From Bdellovibrionota bacterium FG-2 (lineage in GTDB: Bacteria; Bdellovibrionota; UBA1018): 51,191 nucleotides of DNA. The DNA is taken from the NCBI GenBank assembly GCA_051382305.1, contig JBBCAV010000280.1, forward strand, positions 1-51,191, written 5' to 3'. Every line of letters begins with the position of its first letter. The first letter of the stretch is position 1. Shown here piece by piece: positions 17,799 to 28,330 of the stretch. Position numbers and translations under genes: made by a program. A model generated the notes under the pieces. It was not told the origin of the DNA. It was given only the letters and a program-made list of their open reading frames with translations, and made no database searches.

Positions 17799-18627
17799 CC
17801 TCAGCAAGTTGGCAGGCCGTATTGAATTCAAATTCCTGAAGTAACCTCTCCATTCGCCCGCGCATCTTCTCAATCCCCGTGTAGGTAATCCAATCATTGA
17901 TGCGCCCTGAGGGTACCCGGGGCACTTCGGGATCAAATTCCCAAGGATGAAAATACAAGACAACAGGCCGCGTCTTCAGTGTCCGACGCATCAGCGAAAT
18001 CTGCAACTTCATCGGTAAAACTCTCGAATAAAACCCACCAACAAACGGTAACCTCACTTTTCCAAAGTTTAGCACGGGCAGGGGGAGCTCCAACAAACGG
18101 CCTTCCGCTGAATCGCTCGCAACATTGGCTGAACTCAATCGATAGGGAACAAGCGGCGCTTGCGCCACACCATAAACGTGGTTTCGATACGGAAAAATCG
18201 AGGAATCATAGAGAAACCCCTCCGCCGCCAGAACATCAACGGCCCACGCTGTCTTATGCTCCAAACTAAAAGTAGAGGCCCGAAACCCCCGAAGTGCTTG
18301 CCCGGGTAAAAGGGCGTCAAGTTTCGCCTTAAACTGCCTTATCTCTTTCTGAAAACTATCGGCCGTATGCTCCCATAACGGCTTATGGGTGAAGCCATGA
18401 CACGCCAGCTCATGCCCAGCGGCAGAAATGCGCCGGAAAATATCCGGGTAAAGATCCAAAGTTTCCCCAAGGACAAAAAAAGTAGCCCGGGCTTTTCGCT
18501 CTTCAAGTAGATCCAACAACCAAAGGAGAACCTCTCGAGCCCGAGGAACCTGCCCCGACCCATGACTCCCTAGCAATACCGGATGGTACCATTCTTCGAT
18601 GTCAAAGGTAAGAACAGGGTTGTACAT
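17770..18627 (-). CDS. polysaccharide deacetylase (CE4, DUF3473 / PEP-CTERM-locus type)
   Basis: TFDIEEW, HELACHGFTH, YDSSIFP and YFHPWEFDP; start revised to ATG 18627. Confidence 0.9.
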   Translation of the reverse strand: MYNPVLTFDIEEWYHPVLLGSHGSGQVPRAREVLLWLLDLLEERKARATFFVLGETLDLYPDIFRRISAAGHELACHGFTHKPLWEHTADSFQKEIRQFKAKLDALLPGQALRGFRASTFSLEHKTAWAVDVLAAEGFLYDSSIFPYRNHVYGVAQAPLVPYRLSSANVASDSAEGRLLELPLPVLNFGKVRLPFVGGFYSRVLPMKLQISLMRRTLKTRPVVLYFHPWEFDPEVPRVPSGRINDWITYTGIEKMRGRMERLLQEFEFNTACQLAEAIQSSLLRD

Positions 18628-18656
18628 TTTGGCGAAGCATTGCAAAACTGTATGCA

Positions 18657-20027
18657 ATGTCAACCCTTTCCAAGCTCAACACCCTCTTTAACCGAAGCTC
18701 GCGCATCACAGGGGTTGCGCTCATTTTCACCGGTGCCATTTGGGGATTGCTTCAAATGAACCATATTCCCGAATATGGGGATACACGAGAATACATTGAA
18801 CTTGCACAAGCCGCGTCCCTTCAACTCGATCCCTATCGCACCCTTTTGTTTCCCCTCATTTTGAGAGTTGCCTTCAAGACCGCTCCCCATTATTTTCAAA
18901 TTCCTCTCTACCTTTTTCAGCTTCTCCTTCTTGGATTCGCCCTCCGGCACTTAGTAAAGACTGCCGAGCTGTATTTTAGAGCGCCTCTGCGATCCAATCT
19001 TTTGTGGCTGAGTCTGTTTTTTTTACCCATCGTTTTGCACTTTAATGTCACCGTGCTTTCTGATGGAATTGCATTAGGGCTTTTAATCTTCTTTACGTCG
19101 CTTCTGATCAGACTTCTGCTTTTAAAGCGAGACGCCCTTTGGGACTACGGTTTCTACTTTTGTGCCTTTGTCTTAATGGCCCTATCACGATCGGAAAAGA
19201 TCTACATCGCAGCAGGGAGTGCCCTCATCGGGATTCTCTTTATGGTTTTTGTAAAGAAGAACAAGCTTTATCAGTTTCGAAAATCAATTCTCACATCCTT
19301 CTTGGCTCTGGCCACTGTCTTTACCATTAACTCCTACACCCAAACCATTTCGCTCTCCGAGCCCCCACCCGACTTGACTTATAGTTTTCTGTACCGAGCG
19401 CTCTACCCACGATTTGAAAAAGTCTACCCATTGATGCCAGAGGCTGTTCGCTCAAAACTCTCAATTGAAGACGCTCGCCTGTATGACAGCCACCCAAACG
19501 CTAACAAAGGCGTGATGAAGAAAATCTGCGGAACGGATTGGACTTGCGCGCATCCCTATGCCGATCAAATGCTCGCGACTGTCCTCCGCCATCAAGGACT
19601 AGCGGTTATGTCTTCGATCATTCGCGATATGATTTACTATAGCGCGGCGCCTTGGGTCTGGATCACCGCACCTTGGACGGGACTGGGGCATTATGATTGG
19701 ACCTACTCGCGGTTTTCCATGCAGTCTCCCAAGCTTTCTTGGCTTTATCTTAATCTAGGGAGCCTCTTGGTTATTGTTCTCACACTTTCCTTAGTCGCTC
19801 GCCTCGTCCGAACCTCTAATGCTTCCCGGAACTTTCAACACATTTTACCCTTCGCCTTTTTAGTTCTTTGCCCCGGACTCGCAAATTCTGGTCTTTTTGC
19901 CCTCATGAACGGCCATCCCTTTCACATTCGCTACGCCATTCCCTCGTATTTTCTGGCAGTGTTCCTAATGGTCGTTTTATTTTCTCTTCCCAAATCACCA
20001 CAGGAGCGCCTCACCCATGAGAAATGA
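18657..20027 (+). CDS. polytopic membrane protein, GT-C-like
   Basis: multiple TM segments; GDTREY and YRTLLFP in the first loop; VLSD; HIRY near the C-terminus. Confidence 0.6.
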   Translation: MSTLSKLNTLFNRSSRITGVALIFTGAIWGLLQMNHIPEYGDTREYIELAQAASLQLDPYRTLLFPLILRVAFKTAPHYFQIPLYLFQLLLLGFALRHLVKTAELYFRAPLRSNLLWLSLFFLPIVLHFNVTVLSDGIALGLLIFFTSLLIRLLLLKRDALWDYGFYFCAFVLMALSRSEKIYIAAGSALIGILFMVFVKKNKLYQFRKSILTSFLALATVFTINSYTQTISLSEPPPDLTYSFLYRALYPRFEKVYPLMPEAVRSKLSIEDARLYDSHPNANKGVMKKICGTDWTCAHPYADQMLATVLRHQGLAVMSSIIRDMIYYSAAPWVWITAPWTGLGHYDWTYSRFSMQSPKLSWLYLNLGSLLVIVLTLSLVARLVRTSNASRNFQHILPFAFLVLCPGLANSGLFALMNGHPFHIRYAIPSYFLAVFLMVVLFSLPKSPQERLTHEK

Positions 20028-20703
20028 ATGTGCGATTATTGTCCCTGCCTATAATGAGGCCAAACAAATCGCCAAAACAATTGCCGGTCTTCGCTCAGCA
20101 TTTTCCACGGTCATTGTCGTAGATGATGGGTCCTCTGACCAAACCTCAGATGAAGCGCAAAAAGCAGGCGCTACGATAGTTCGACACGTTATCAACCTTG
20201 GCCAAGGGGGAGCACTTCATACGGGCTTTAGATTCGCCCTTGAGCAACTTCATTCGAAGTTCATCGCCACCTTCGATGCAGACGGGCAGCACCGCATTGA
20301 AAACCTGGTCGGTATGTACGATTTTCTCATTCAGCACCCGGAAACCGATGTCCTTATTGGTTCTAGGTTTCTCAATAAGAAGTCCATTTCAATGATTCCA
20401 CCCAGGCGTAGGCTTCTCCTGCGGATAGGCACACGGATCAGCCGGTGGATTCATAAGATTAACATCACGGATACCCATAACGGATTGCGCATTTTTAGAA
20501 GCGAGGCGCTCGCCCAAATGGAACTCAAACTCTCGGGCATGGATCACGCTTCTGAAATTTTAGAAGAAATCTCTTTGAAGAATCTCAGGTTTCAAGAATT
20601 TCCGGTTGAAATCACTTATTCAGAGTATTCACAGGCCAAAGGCCAAAGCGGTTTGAATGCTCTTCGTATTTTGTACAATTTTTTTGTCCATCGGAACATC
20701 TAG
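20017..20703 (+). CDS. GT2 polyprenol-phosphate glycosyltransferase (PpgS/GacI/DPM-synthase-like)
   Basis: VPAYNE, VVDDGSSD, NLGQGGAL, TFDADGQH, TDTHNGLR, MDHASEI and KGQS. Confidence 0.9.
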   Translation: MRNECAIIVPAYNEAKQIAKTIAGLRSAFSTVIVVDDGSSDQTSDEAQKAGATIVRHVINLGQGGALHTGFRFALEQLHSKFIATFDADGQHRIENLVGMYDFLIQHPETDVLIGSRFLNKKSISMIPPRRRLLLRIGTRISRWIHKINITDTHNGLRIFRSEALAQMELKLSGMDHASEILEEISLKNLRFQEFPVEITYSEYSQAKGQSGLNALRILYNFFVHRNI

Positions 20704-20722
20704 CAGAAAGGATTAAACCGCC

Positions 20723-21064
20723 ATGACCTTTAAATTTGTCATACTGGGATTCATTATCCTGGGTACTCTCTTAGCCTTTCTTCTTCGCAAGCATCGTCTC
20801 ATTCGCCCTCTAACGGCGTTTGGCCTTCTTATGTTAATGGGTGCTGTTCTCTTGGAGCTGCTCTTTTATCGGGAATTTGATGCGATTGCCAATTCCGTGG
20901 GAGTCGAACGAAGTGCCGATCTCATTGTCTATCTCAGCATACCTTTACTTTTTACGCTCATCTTGAAACTCTACATCAATCAGATCTTAAACCTAAGAAG
21001 GACGAATCGCCTTATTTCCGAGCTCGCACTCAGAGACGCACGAGAATCTTCGCCGCGACAATAA
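20723..21064 (+). CDS. DUF2304 family small membrane protein (GacJ/Rv3632-like)
   Basis: 113 aa; three TM segments; ANSVGVERSADL..Y and LISELAL tail; directly follows the GT2. Confidence 0.8.
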   Translation: MTFKFVILGFIILGTLLAFLLRKHRLIRPLTAFGLLMLMGAVLLELLFYREFDAIANSVGVERSADLIVYLSIPLLFTLILKLYINQILNLRRTNRLISELALRDARESSPRQ

Positions 21065-22699
21065 ATGCACTATTTTCAATCTAAAGCTCTTCACATTCTT
21101 GCGTCATTAACCGTTATCTTCATTGGGTTCGCCTTTTCGGCCCATTGGCGCAGCCCTGCATTCGGAAAATTGCTAGCCGGGGGACACCATTGGGTTACCG
21201 CGCACACCCTGCTCTCCGCTCACAATTGGTATGAAGAGGGTCCTTCTCAACTTGGCTTCTTAAGCGTGTTCATTCCCAAGGGCCCCGAACACACGACACT
21301 TTCTGAGCGTGAAATCTACCCCAGCTATCCCCCTGGTTTCATCGTTTTTCCTTATTGGGCCGCAAAAATTAGAAACCAGTCGCCAACATTAGACATTCTG
21401 ATGGGAATCAATCTCACTAACCAGCTCCTCATCGCCATGATGCTTTCGATTTGTATTTTCCAGTTGATATCATTGTTTAATGGAAACGCTGCATTTAGAT
21501 TCGCGGGTTCCACACTCGGTGGGCTGCTCTTCGTATTTTTGCCAGGACCTTACTACTGGATGCAAAATGTTTATTTCGCCGATGAAGCAGTCTTGCTGCC
21601 GTTTGTATGCCTGCTCTTAGCGGAGGTCCTAAGACAAACGTTGCCCTCCACGAAACGTTTTATCGATGCACTCATCCCACTCATCTTTTTTTGGGGCATG
21701 GCCACCGATTATCTCTTTTTCTTCGCATTGCCCGTATACCTATTGATTCAAGTGCTTCTCTCGGATGGAACACTTCTAAAACGGATCATCCGTGAAAAGT
21801 ACGTTATTCTCGCAAGCTTGCTGCTCGTTATTTTATATATGTTTCAGCTTTGGTATTATGATCAGTTCGCCGCCATGATCTACAAATTCCACCTCCGAAC
21901 TGGAACGGAACCAGACAAAAACATCACGTTATTGAAAGTATGGAACACCGTTTTTTTGAAGCACGTGCAGGATCAGCTCGGAGAGGTCCTCTTTATAGTT
22001 CTGCTCTTCGCTCTATTTTGTGGAACAGCAAGCTTCTTTGTACTTCTATTAAGACCCTGCCAAAGCAAACGTCAACTCATTCTCATGAGATTTTTGAGCC
22101 TGTTGACACTACCGGCAATTCTTAATGTCTTGGTATTCAGGGAACACCAAACCCTTCATAATTTTTCTGCTCTTAAATTTTCGCTTATCCTTGCGGCTGG
22201 AGTCTTCCCCTCTCTTCTCCTTTTAAACTCGCTACTTCCGGCCTTTTTTCGCGCGAAAACTCTAACCGTCTTGTTGGGATACCTCTCCATTGCCACAATC
22301 TCGTTTGCAGGCTATCAAAGTTTTCATAACATTTCATTGTTTCCAGCTACCGCCGAAACCTTTCACGATCGCTATTCGATATTTTTTACATCCAAGATCA
22401 CTCCTTTAGATGTGGTTTTTTCAGAAACGATTGAGGCCAAAGCAATTCCCCCTCTGTTTCTCTCCGTGACACGCAAACAAATTCATCGCATCAATACAAT
22501 TGAGGATATTCGAAAAACGATTCAACACGTCACCTCCTCTGCCAGCGTCGTATTCCTCATCGACGACACTGCGCCTGCATCTTCGAGCGAGCTGGCGCAG
22601 TTTTGGAGCAAATTCCCCCGACTTGTCGATGAATCCCATAAGCTTAGCTACTATAGAGTTCCACCTGAAACTTTCCGAACCGAAGGGATTTCAAATTGA
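21065..22699 (+). CDS. polytopic membrane protein, GT-C-like
   Basis: about 11 TM segments; YPSYPPG loop motif; C-terminal soluble domain. Confidence 0.6.
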   Translation: MHYFQSKALHILASLTVIFIGFAFSAHWRSPAFGKLLAGGHHWVTAHTLLSAHNWYEEGPSQLGFLSVFIPKGPEHTTLSEREIYPSYPPGFIVFPYWAAKIRNQSPTLDILMGINLTNQLLIAMMLSICIFQLISLFNGNAAFRFAGSTLGGLLFVFLPGPYYWMQNVYFADEAVLLPFVCLLLAEVLRQTLPSTKRFIDALIPLIFFWGMATDYLFFFALPVYLLIQVLLSDGTLLKRIIREKYVILASLLLVILYMFQLWYYDQFAAMIYKFHLRTGTEPDKNITLLKVWNTVFLKHVQDQLGEVLFIVLLFALFCGTASFFVLLLRPCQSKRQLILMRFLSLLTLPAILNVLVFREHQTLHNFSALKFSLILAAGVFPSLLLLNSLLPAFFRAKTLTVLLGYLSIATISFAGYQSFHNISLFPATAETFHDRYSIFFTSKITPLDVVFSETIEAKAIPPLFLSVTRKQIHRINTIEDIRKTIQHVTSSASVVFLIDDTAPASSSELAQFWSKFPRLVDESHKLSYYRVPPETFRTEGISN

Positions 22700-22703
22700 G
22701 AAT

Positions 22704-23738
22704 ATGATTCAAATCATCAATGCTCAAAACTTCGAAGAACAAGAGCTCTGGGACAGTTATGTTAGTTCCCGGCCCGGCTCTCATTTTGAACATCTTTTTG
22801 CCTGGAAGGAAGCTTTTCAGACCACTTACGGCCATGAAAGTCGATATCTCTTGGCCCTGCAAGACGGCAATCCCGTCGGAATTCTTCCTCTGCTGCTGGT
22901 GAGGAAAACCCTTCTAGGGGGCAATTATGTTACTTCGATGCCCGGCGGTCTCTGCGCTTCAACTGAAACTGCGGCCGCTGCCCTGATCAATCGGGCAATC
23001 GAGATCACAAAACAATGTGAAGGTCAGTTTTTGAAGATTCGAGATGGTGACAAAAAATGGTCAAACACCTTGCTCACAAATGTTTTAGAAGAAACCTTTG
23101 TCGCTGATACGTCTTTCGGTAACGCCGAAACGATCTGGAACCAAGTCGGCTCCAACGCGAGAACCCCCGTTCGAAGGGCGAAAGAAGCGGGACTAAGCGT
23201 CCGTTGGGGTGTTAAACATTTTGAAGAATTCTACCGAGTCTATGCTACAAATATGCGCGACTTAGGTTCGCCCGCAACACCCAAAGAACTATTCACTCAA
23301 ATTCTAAGACTATTTCCCGGAAAAATTGGACTCGCAACTGTCGTTTACGAAAATAAAACGATCGGTGGGATGCTGCTTTTCTTCCACAACAACACAATCT
23401 CAAACCCCATCGCCTCGTCATTAAGAAATTATTTCAAATTTCAGCCCAACGACCTCCTATATTGGGAGGCCCTCAAATACGCATGTGAAAACGGCTATCG
23501 TTCGTTCAACATGGGGCGAAGCGCGCAGAACTCAGGCAACGCCAAGTTCAAAATGAAATGGGGTGCTTCACCGCGCGCGTCACACTACCAATATTATCTC
23601 AATACCATCACTGCCCCGCCCTGCACCCGAGGGGGATTGATCTACAATATCGGCAGCAAAGCCTGGCGGAACTTCCCACTGGCACTTGCAAACGCGCTAA
23701 GTCCTTGGGTCCGCAAATCCATTCCAGACGAAATCTAA
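22704..23738 (+). CDS. FemAB-related GNAT (XrtA/PEP-CTERM-associated type)
   Basis: WDSYV, HLFAW, MRDLGSP, PNDLLYWEAL, FNMGRS and FKMKWG; start revised to ATG 22704. Confidence 0.85.
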   Translation: MIQIINAQNFEEQELWDSYVSSRPGSHFEHLFAWKEAFQTTYGHESRYLLALQDGNPVGILPLLLVRKTLLGGNYVTSMPGGLCASTETAAAALINRAIEITKQCEGQFLKIRDGDKKWSNTLLTNVLEETFVADTSFGNAETIWNQVGSNARTPVRRAKEAGLSVRWGVKHFEEFYRVYATNMRDLGSPATPKELFTQILRLFPGKIGLATVVYENKTIGGMLLFFHNNTISNPIASSLRNYFKFQPNDLLYWEALKYACENGYRSFNMGRSAQNSGNAKFKMKWGASPRASHYQYYLNTITAPPCTRGGLIYNIGSKAWRNFPLALANALSPWVRKSIPDEI

Positions 23739-23742
23739 CTCC

Positions 23743-24537
23743 CTAAACCCCCCCATCGCCCCCCGCGCTCTCCATCGGAGCAAACATCGCCTTAAAATAT
23801 TCGCGCTTCATTTTAGCGATGAAATCAATAGAAACTTCCTTCGGACAAGCGGCGCGACATTCACCGATATTCGTGCAATTGCCAAAGCCCTCTTTATCCA
23901 TCTGCTCCACCATGCCAGTGGCACGACGAGCGGCTTCAGGCTGCCCCTGCGGCAGCAGCGCAAGCTGCGAAATCTTGGCCGACGTAAACAACGCAGCCGA
24001 TGCATTCGGACAGGCCGCCACACACGCGCCACAGCCGATACAAGAAGCCGCGTCCATCGCCAAATCCGCAAGAGGCTTGGGGATCAACATCGCATTCCCA
24101 TCTGCATGAGGTCCCGTCTTCACTGAGACAAACCCGCCGGCAGACATCACGCGATCCAAAGCGCCGCGATCTACCACAAGATCCTTAATGATCGGAAAAG
24201 CCTTAGCTCTCCATGGCTCAATCACAATGGTGTCCCCATCTTTAAAGGTCCGCATATGAAGCTGACAAGTCGCCGTTGCCCGATCCGGACCATGCGGCTG
24301 ACCATTGATCACGACGCCGCAGCAACCACAAATTCCTTCGCGACAATCACTATCAAACTCAATCGGACGACGGCCCGCTTTGATAATGTCTTCGTTTACG
24401 AAATCCAGCATTTCAAGAAACGACATATGGCTTGAAATGTTCTTGGCGGTGAACTTCTCCAAAGCTCCAGGCTTATGGGGACCTTCTTGCCTCCAAACCA
24501 AAAGTGTTAAAGTCATGGACTGAGTTGAATCTGACAT
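23743..24537 (-). CDS. sdhB: succinate dehydrogenase/fumarate reductase Fe-S subunit
   Basis: [23 protein letters not shown] and [13 protein letters not shown] clusters. Confidence 0.95.
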   Translation of the reverse strand: MSDSTQSMTLTLLVWRQEGPHKPGALEKFTAKNISSHMSFLEMLDFVNEDIIKAGRRPIEFDSDCREGICGCCGVVINGQPHGPDRATATCQLHMRTFKDGDTIVIEPWRAKAFPIIKDLVVDRGALDRVMSAGGFVSVKTGPHADGNAMLIPKPLADLAMDAASCIGCGACVAACPNASAALFTSAKISQLALLPQGQPEAARRATGMVEQMDKEGFGNCTNIGECRAACPKEVSIDFIAKMKREYFKAMFAPMESAGGDGGV

Positions 24538-24581
24538 AAATTTTTCTCCCCTGAACTCCGAAGCACCAATTAGATTAATAC

Positions 24582-26516
24582 CTATTTATAACTTCTTTGC
24601 GCGAGTTCCACGTTTTCAAACTGAAGCGGTTCTTTATGAAGCACTGGTTCCGCGTCGACCCCTTTGAACTCCCAGGCCGCCACGTACGAAAACTTTTCAT
24701 CATCTCGCTTGGCTTCACCTTCAGGCGTTTGGCTTTCCAATCTAAAGTGTCCACCGCAAGATTCGGAGCGATTCAATGCATCGCGCGCCATCAGCTCACC
24801 CAGCTCCAAGAAGTCCGCCACCCGTCCAGCCAGTTCCAGATCTTTATTCCAGCCGTCAGCACCCTCGGTGACCTTCACGCCACTCCAGAACTCTTTGCGC
24901 AGCTCGGGAATGCGTTTCAAGGCCAATTTGAGGCCCTGTTCGGTTCGCGCCATTCCAACGTTATCCCACATCACTTTTCCAAGCTCGCGATAGATTTCCA
25001 GAACGGTTTTGGTCCCGCCCTTTTTCCCCAACGCTTCAAGAGAGGCCACATGCTTGCGAACCTCGTCTTCGGTCGAAGCAAAAGCGGCATGTTCGGTGGT
25101 CACTTTCGAAAAAGTATTAGACGCCAGATAATGCCCCAAAGTATAGGGAATCACAAAATAACCATCCGATAACCCCTGCATCAAGGCACTCGCACCCAAG
25201 CGATTAGCGCCATGATCAGAGAAATTCGCCTCTCCCAAAACGTGAAGCCCAGGCACATTGCTCATCAAATTATAATCCACCCACAAACCACCCATTGTGT
25301 AGTGAGCAGCTGGATAGATCCTCATCGGTACTTCATAAGGATTCTCAGCCGTGATCTTTTCATACATCTGGAATAAATTGCCGTATTTGTCGCGAATCAC
25401 ATTGGCGCCATCACGCTTGATCGCATCTCTGAAATCCAAATACACGGCCAAGCCACTAGAGCCTACGCCTCGGCCATCATCGCAAACTTCTTTTGCGTTA
25501 CGAGAGGCCACATCGCGCGGCACGAGATTTCCGAAGCTTGGATACTTGCGCTCCAGATAATAATCTCGATCCGCCTCAGGGATGTCATTAGGGTTCTTCT
25601 TTACGTCCGCCTTATTCTTTGGAACCCAGACGCGGCCGTCGTTTCGCAAACTTTCGCTCATCAGGGTCAACTTGGATTGATGCTCCCCCGACACCGGAAT
25701 ACACGTCGGGTGAATCTGCGTAAAACACGGATTCGCAAACAAGGCGCCACGCTTGTGACAACGCCACAAGGCCGTTCCGTTTGAATTCATCGCATTCGTG
25801 GACAAAAAGAACACCCGACCATAGCCACCGGTGGCGATCAAAACCGCGTCGGCCGCATGTCGCTCCAGTTCGCCAGTCACCAGGTTGCGCGCGATAATCC
25901 CACGAGCTTTGCCATCGACTACAACAAGATCAAGCATTTCGCGACGGGTGAGAAGCTCAACCTTCTTAGCATTCACCTGACGCATCAAAGCGCTGTAAGC
26001 TCCTAGCAAGAGCTGCTGACCTGTCTGACCGCGGGCATAAAAGGTACGCGAAACCTGCGCGCCCCCGAAAGAGCGATTCGCAAGCTCACCGCCATACTCA
26101 CGAGCAAAAGGCACACCTTGAGCCACGCACTGATCGATAATATCGGGACTCACTTGCGCCAAGCGATAGACATTGGCTTCACGAGCCCGAAAATCTCCGC
26201 CCTTGATCGTGTCGTAGAACAAGCGAAACACGCTATCGCCGTCGTTAGGATAATTCTTGGCGGCATTAATTCCGCCCTGAGCAGCAATACTGTGAGCACG
26301 CCTAGGCGAGTCTTGGATGCAAAAACATTTGACGTTGTAACCCATTTCGCCCAAAGAGGCGGCAGCCGAAGCGCCCGCAAGCCCGGAGCCCACAACGATG
26401 ATATTGTATTTTCGTCGATTCGCGGGGTTCACAAGCTTAATATGCGCCCGATGTTCATCCCATTTTTGCGCCAGAGGTCCTGCAGGAACTTTTGAATCTA
26501 AATTGATATTAGTCAT
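24582..26516 (-). CDS. sdhA: succinate dehydrogenase/fumarate reductase flavoprotein
   Basis: [36 protein letters not shown] and ESCGGHF. Confidence 0.97.
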   Translation of the reverse strand: MTNINLDSKVPAGPLAQKWDEHRAHIKLVNPANRRKYNIIVVGSGLAGASAAASLGEMGYNVKCFCIQDSPRRAHSIAAQGGINAAKNYPNDGDSVFRLFYDTIKGGDFRAREANVYRLAQVSPDIIDQCVAQGVPFAREYGGELANRSFGGAQVSRTFYARGQTGQQLLLGAYSALMRQVNAKKVELLTRREMLDLVVVDGKARGIIARNLVTGELERHAADAVLIATGGYGRVFFLSTNAMNSNGTALWRCHKRGALFANPCFTQIHPTCIPVSGEHQSKLTLMSESLRNDGRVWVPKNKADVKKNPNDIPEADRDYYLERKYPSFGNLVPRDVASRNAKEVCDDGRGVGSSGLAVYLDFRDAIKRDGANVIRDKYGNLFQMYEKITAENPYEVPMRIYPAAHYTMGGLWVDYNLMSNVPGLHVLGEANFSDHGANRLGASALMQGLSDGYFVIPYTLGHYLASNTFSKVTTEHAAFASTEDEVRKHVASLEALGKKGGTKTVLEIYRELGKVMWDNVGMARTEQGLKLALKRIPELRKEFWSGVKVTEGADGWNKDLELAGRVADFLELGELMARDALNRSESCGGHFRLESQTPEGEAKRDDEKFSYVAAWEFKGVDAEPVLHKEPLQFENVELAQRSYK

Positions 26517-27229
26517 TTGATCACTCCTAAGAGAACAGTTGAAAGATCAAAAAAGATCCAGATCGGAATCATGAGAAATCCCGCCGACAACAAAACGGCG
26601 GCCATCGAGCCCAAACAATACAGCCCCTTCGTATAGCGAGGGTTCGTCAGCCCTAAAGACTGAAGCGCGCTCCAGAAGGCATGCCACAGATGTGCGCCCA
26701 AAAGCAGCATCACAAAAAGATAGCCCGACACAATCAAAGGCTTATGGAAACTCTCGACGACGAGGCGATGCAGATCTCGAATCTGCCCGTCAGCCCCCCC
26801 AACCGTGTATCCTTCGCTAATGCCCGGACCGTACTTAAAACTCCAAACGTGCAGGACAACAAAAACCAAGATCACCGCACCAGAAATAATCATATTACGC
26901 GAAGCAAAGGTGCTTTTACTTTCACCCCCTTTTGACCTCACCACCGAATAACGCTCCGGCCGTGCGCCCCAGTGATTCAGCTTTAAAATAAGTGCACTAA
27001 GCGCATGAATTAGGAAAAGGGCGATCAGTCCAAGCTCGGACGCGATAATAATTTTCCCAAACCCCTCCAAAGTCGCAGCGTAGTGATTAAAGGCTGCGCC
27101 CTCTGGGCGATAAAGCGCAAGATTTCCCAGCAAGTGAACAACGATGAACCCCCCGAGGCATAAGCCAGAAAGAGCCATGATGAACTTCTTCCCGACGGAC
27201 GAGGATAAAGCCTTCCCGATTGGAATCAT
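26513..27229 (-). CDS. sdhC: succinate dehydrogenase cytochrome b subunit (5-TM b558 type)
   Basis: [13 protein letters not shown]; four heme-ligand His in TM helices; first gene of sdhCAB; RBS AAGGAG. Confidence 0.92.
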   Translation of the reverse strand: MIPIGKALSSSVGKKFIMALSGLCLGGFIVVHLLGNLALYRPEGAAFNHYAATLEGFGKIIIASELGLIALFLIHALSALILKLNHWGARPERYSVVRSKGGESKSTFASRNMIISGAVILVFVVLHVWSFKYGPGISEGYTVGGADGQIRDLHRLVVESFHKPLIVSGYLFVMLLLGAHLWHAFWSALQSLGLTNPRYTKGLYCLGSMAAVLLSAGFLMIPIWIFFDLSTVLLGVIK

Positions 27230-27258
27230 AATTTAAGCCACTCCTTTTTATTTGCCCC

Positions 27259-27287
27259 ATCATGAAACAGCGCAGGCGATTTTGCCA
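27259..27287 (-). promoter_or_regulatory. candidate sigma-70 promoter of sdhCAB
   Basis: minus strand TGGCAA-N17-CATGAT. Confidence 0.45.
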
Positions 27288-27309
27288 GAGTTAATTGAAT
27301 AAATTTAGA

Positions 27310-28287
27310 TCAATTGGGCTTTGTATCCCGCGTTAACAGAGCCACCATCCCTAATGTCGGCGACCGAAATTCCAATAGAAGCTGGCCCGTTTCACGCGTA
27401 AGTTCACCCTGAATTTCATATTTTTTTAAGGGAGAGACAGACTGAATCAAAACCCCAGAGAACTTTGTTGAAGAACCTTCTCTCGGCTTAAGGTTTTCCC
27501 ATTGAAACTCGCGGGCAGACTTTCCGCTGCGCGCGTCCTCTGAGAAAATCTTCATCACCGCACTCACCGACTTGATTTCCACCCCAAGGGCTTCGCTTAC
27601 TAACGCAGATTTCGAGCTCGCCTTTTTCGAAAACACCCAAAAGCCCGTCCACACTCCCTCAAAATCCTTACTCAAAGTGAGCGCAACAGGCATGACCAAA
27701 ACCGCCGCCTTTGTTTTATCTTGCTCAGAAGTTGCAGCCAAGACCTTTGAAACAATCCATTCAACTTTTTCGCCTTTGAGATATTCCGCAAGAGCTTGTT
27801 CAGCGCGAGGATCATGCATTCGCCGAAGTACATCAGCCGCCGTCCAACGCGTTTGAGGATTGGGGTGTTTGAGAAAATCTGAAACAAACGCCAGCTCCCT
27901 AACCCCCTGCGTAACACCCACCGTCTTCACTACAGTATTACGAATGGAACTATCGGCGTCAGCCACAGTTCCTTGCTTCTTGATAAACTCAAGCGCTACC
28001 GGATCATCAAACCATCCCAACCCTTGAAGAAGCCGCACCCGATGAAATATCTGCTTCGATTCTTCATACATACGAATAATAATCGGAGGCGCTCCGGGCC
28101 CCAACGAGCGCCACCATTGAGCGGTATCTTTTGGGTGCCGCTGAGCAAGCGTCTCTTCAATGGCTTCTTGAATGTGCTCGGGCGCAGACGCAGACAAAGA
28201 AGGCTGATCCTGAGCGGCACTAAGCGCTGGCGCCGCGAACTGATAGAGCAGCACCATCATCAACAATAAATTTGTTATTTTTGGCAT
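27310..28287 (-). CDS. secreted HEAT/PBS-lyase-repeat protein
   Basis: signal peptide; helical repeats (LKHPNPQTRWTAADVLRRMHDPRA); beta-rich C-terminus. Confidence 0.7.
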   Translation of the reverse strand: MPKITNLLLMMVLLYQFAAPALSAAQDQPSLSASAPEHIQEAIEETLAQRHPKDTAQWWRSLGPGAPPIIIRMYEESKQIFHRVRLLQGLGWFDDPVALEFIKKQGTVADADSSIRNTVVKTVGVTQGVRELAFVSDFLKHPNPQTRWTAADVLRRMHDPRAEQALAEYLKGEKVEWIVSKVLAATSEQDKTKAAVLVMPVALTLSKDFEGVWTGFWVFSKKASSKSALVSEALGVEIKSVSAVMKIFSEDARSGKSAREFQWENLKPREGSSTKFSGVLIQSVSPLKKYEIQGELTRETGQLLLEFRSPTLGMVALLTRDTKPN

Positions 28288-28330
28288 AGATTTTGGCTAC
28301 CACCTTCAGGGTGTGTGCTACAATCCTTTT

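Noticed and set aside
18629..18645. TTGGCGAAGCATTGCA as a sigma-54 promoter
   Set aside because: GG-GC spacing is 9 nt rather than the required 10
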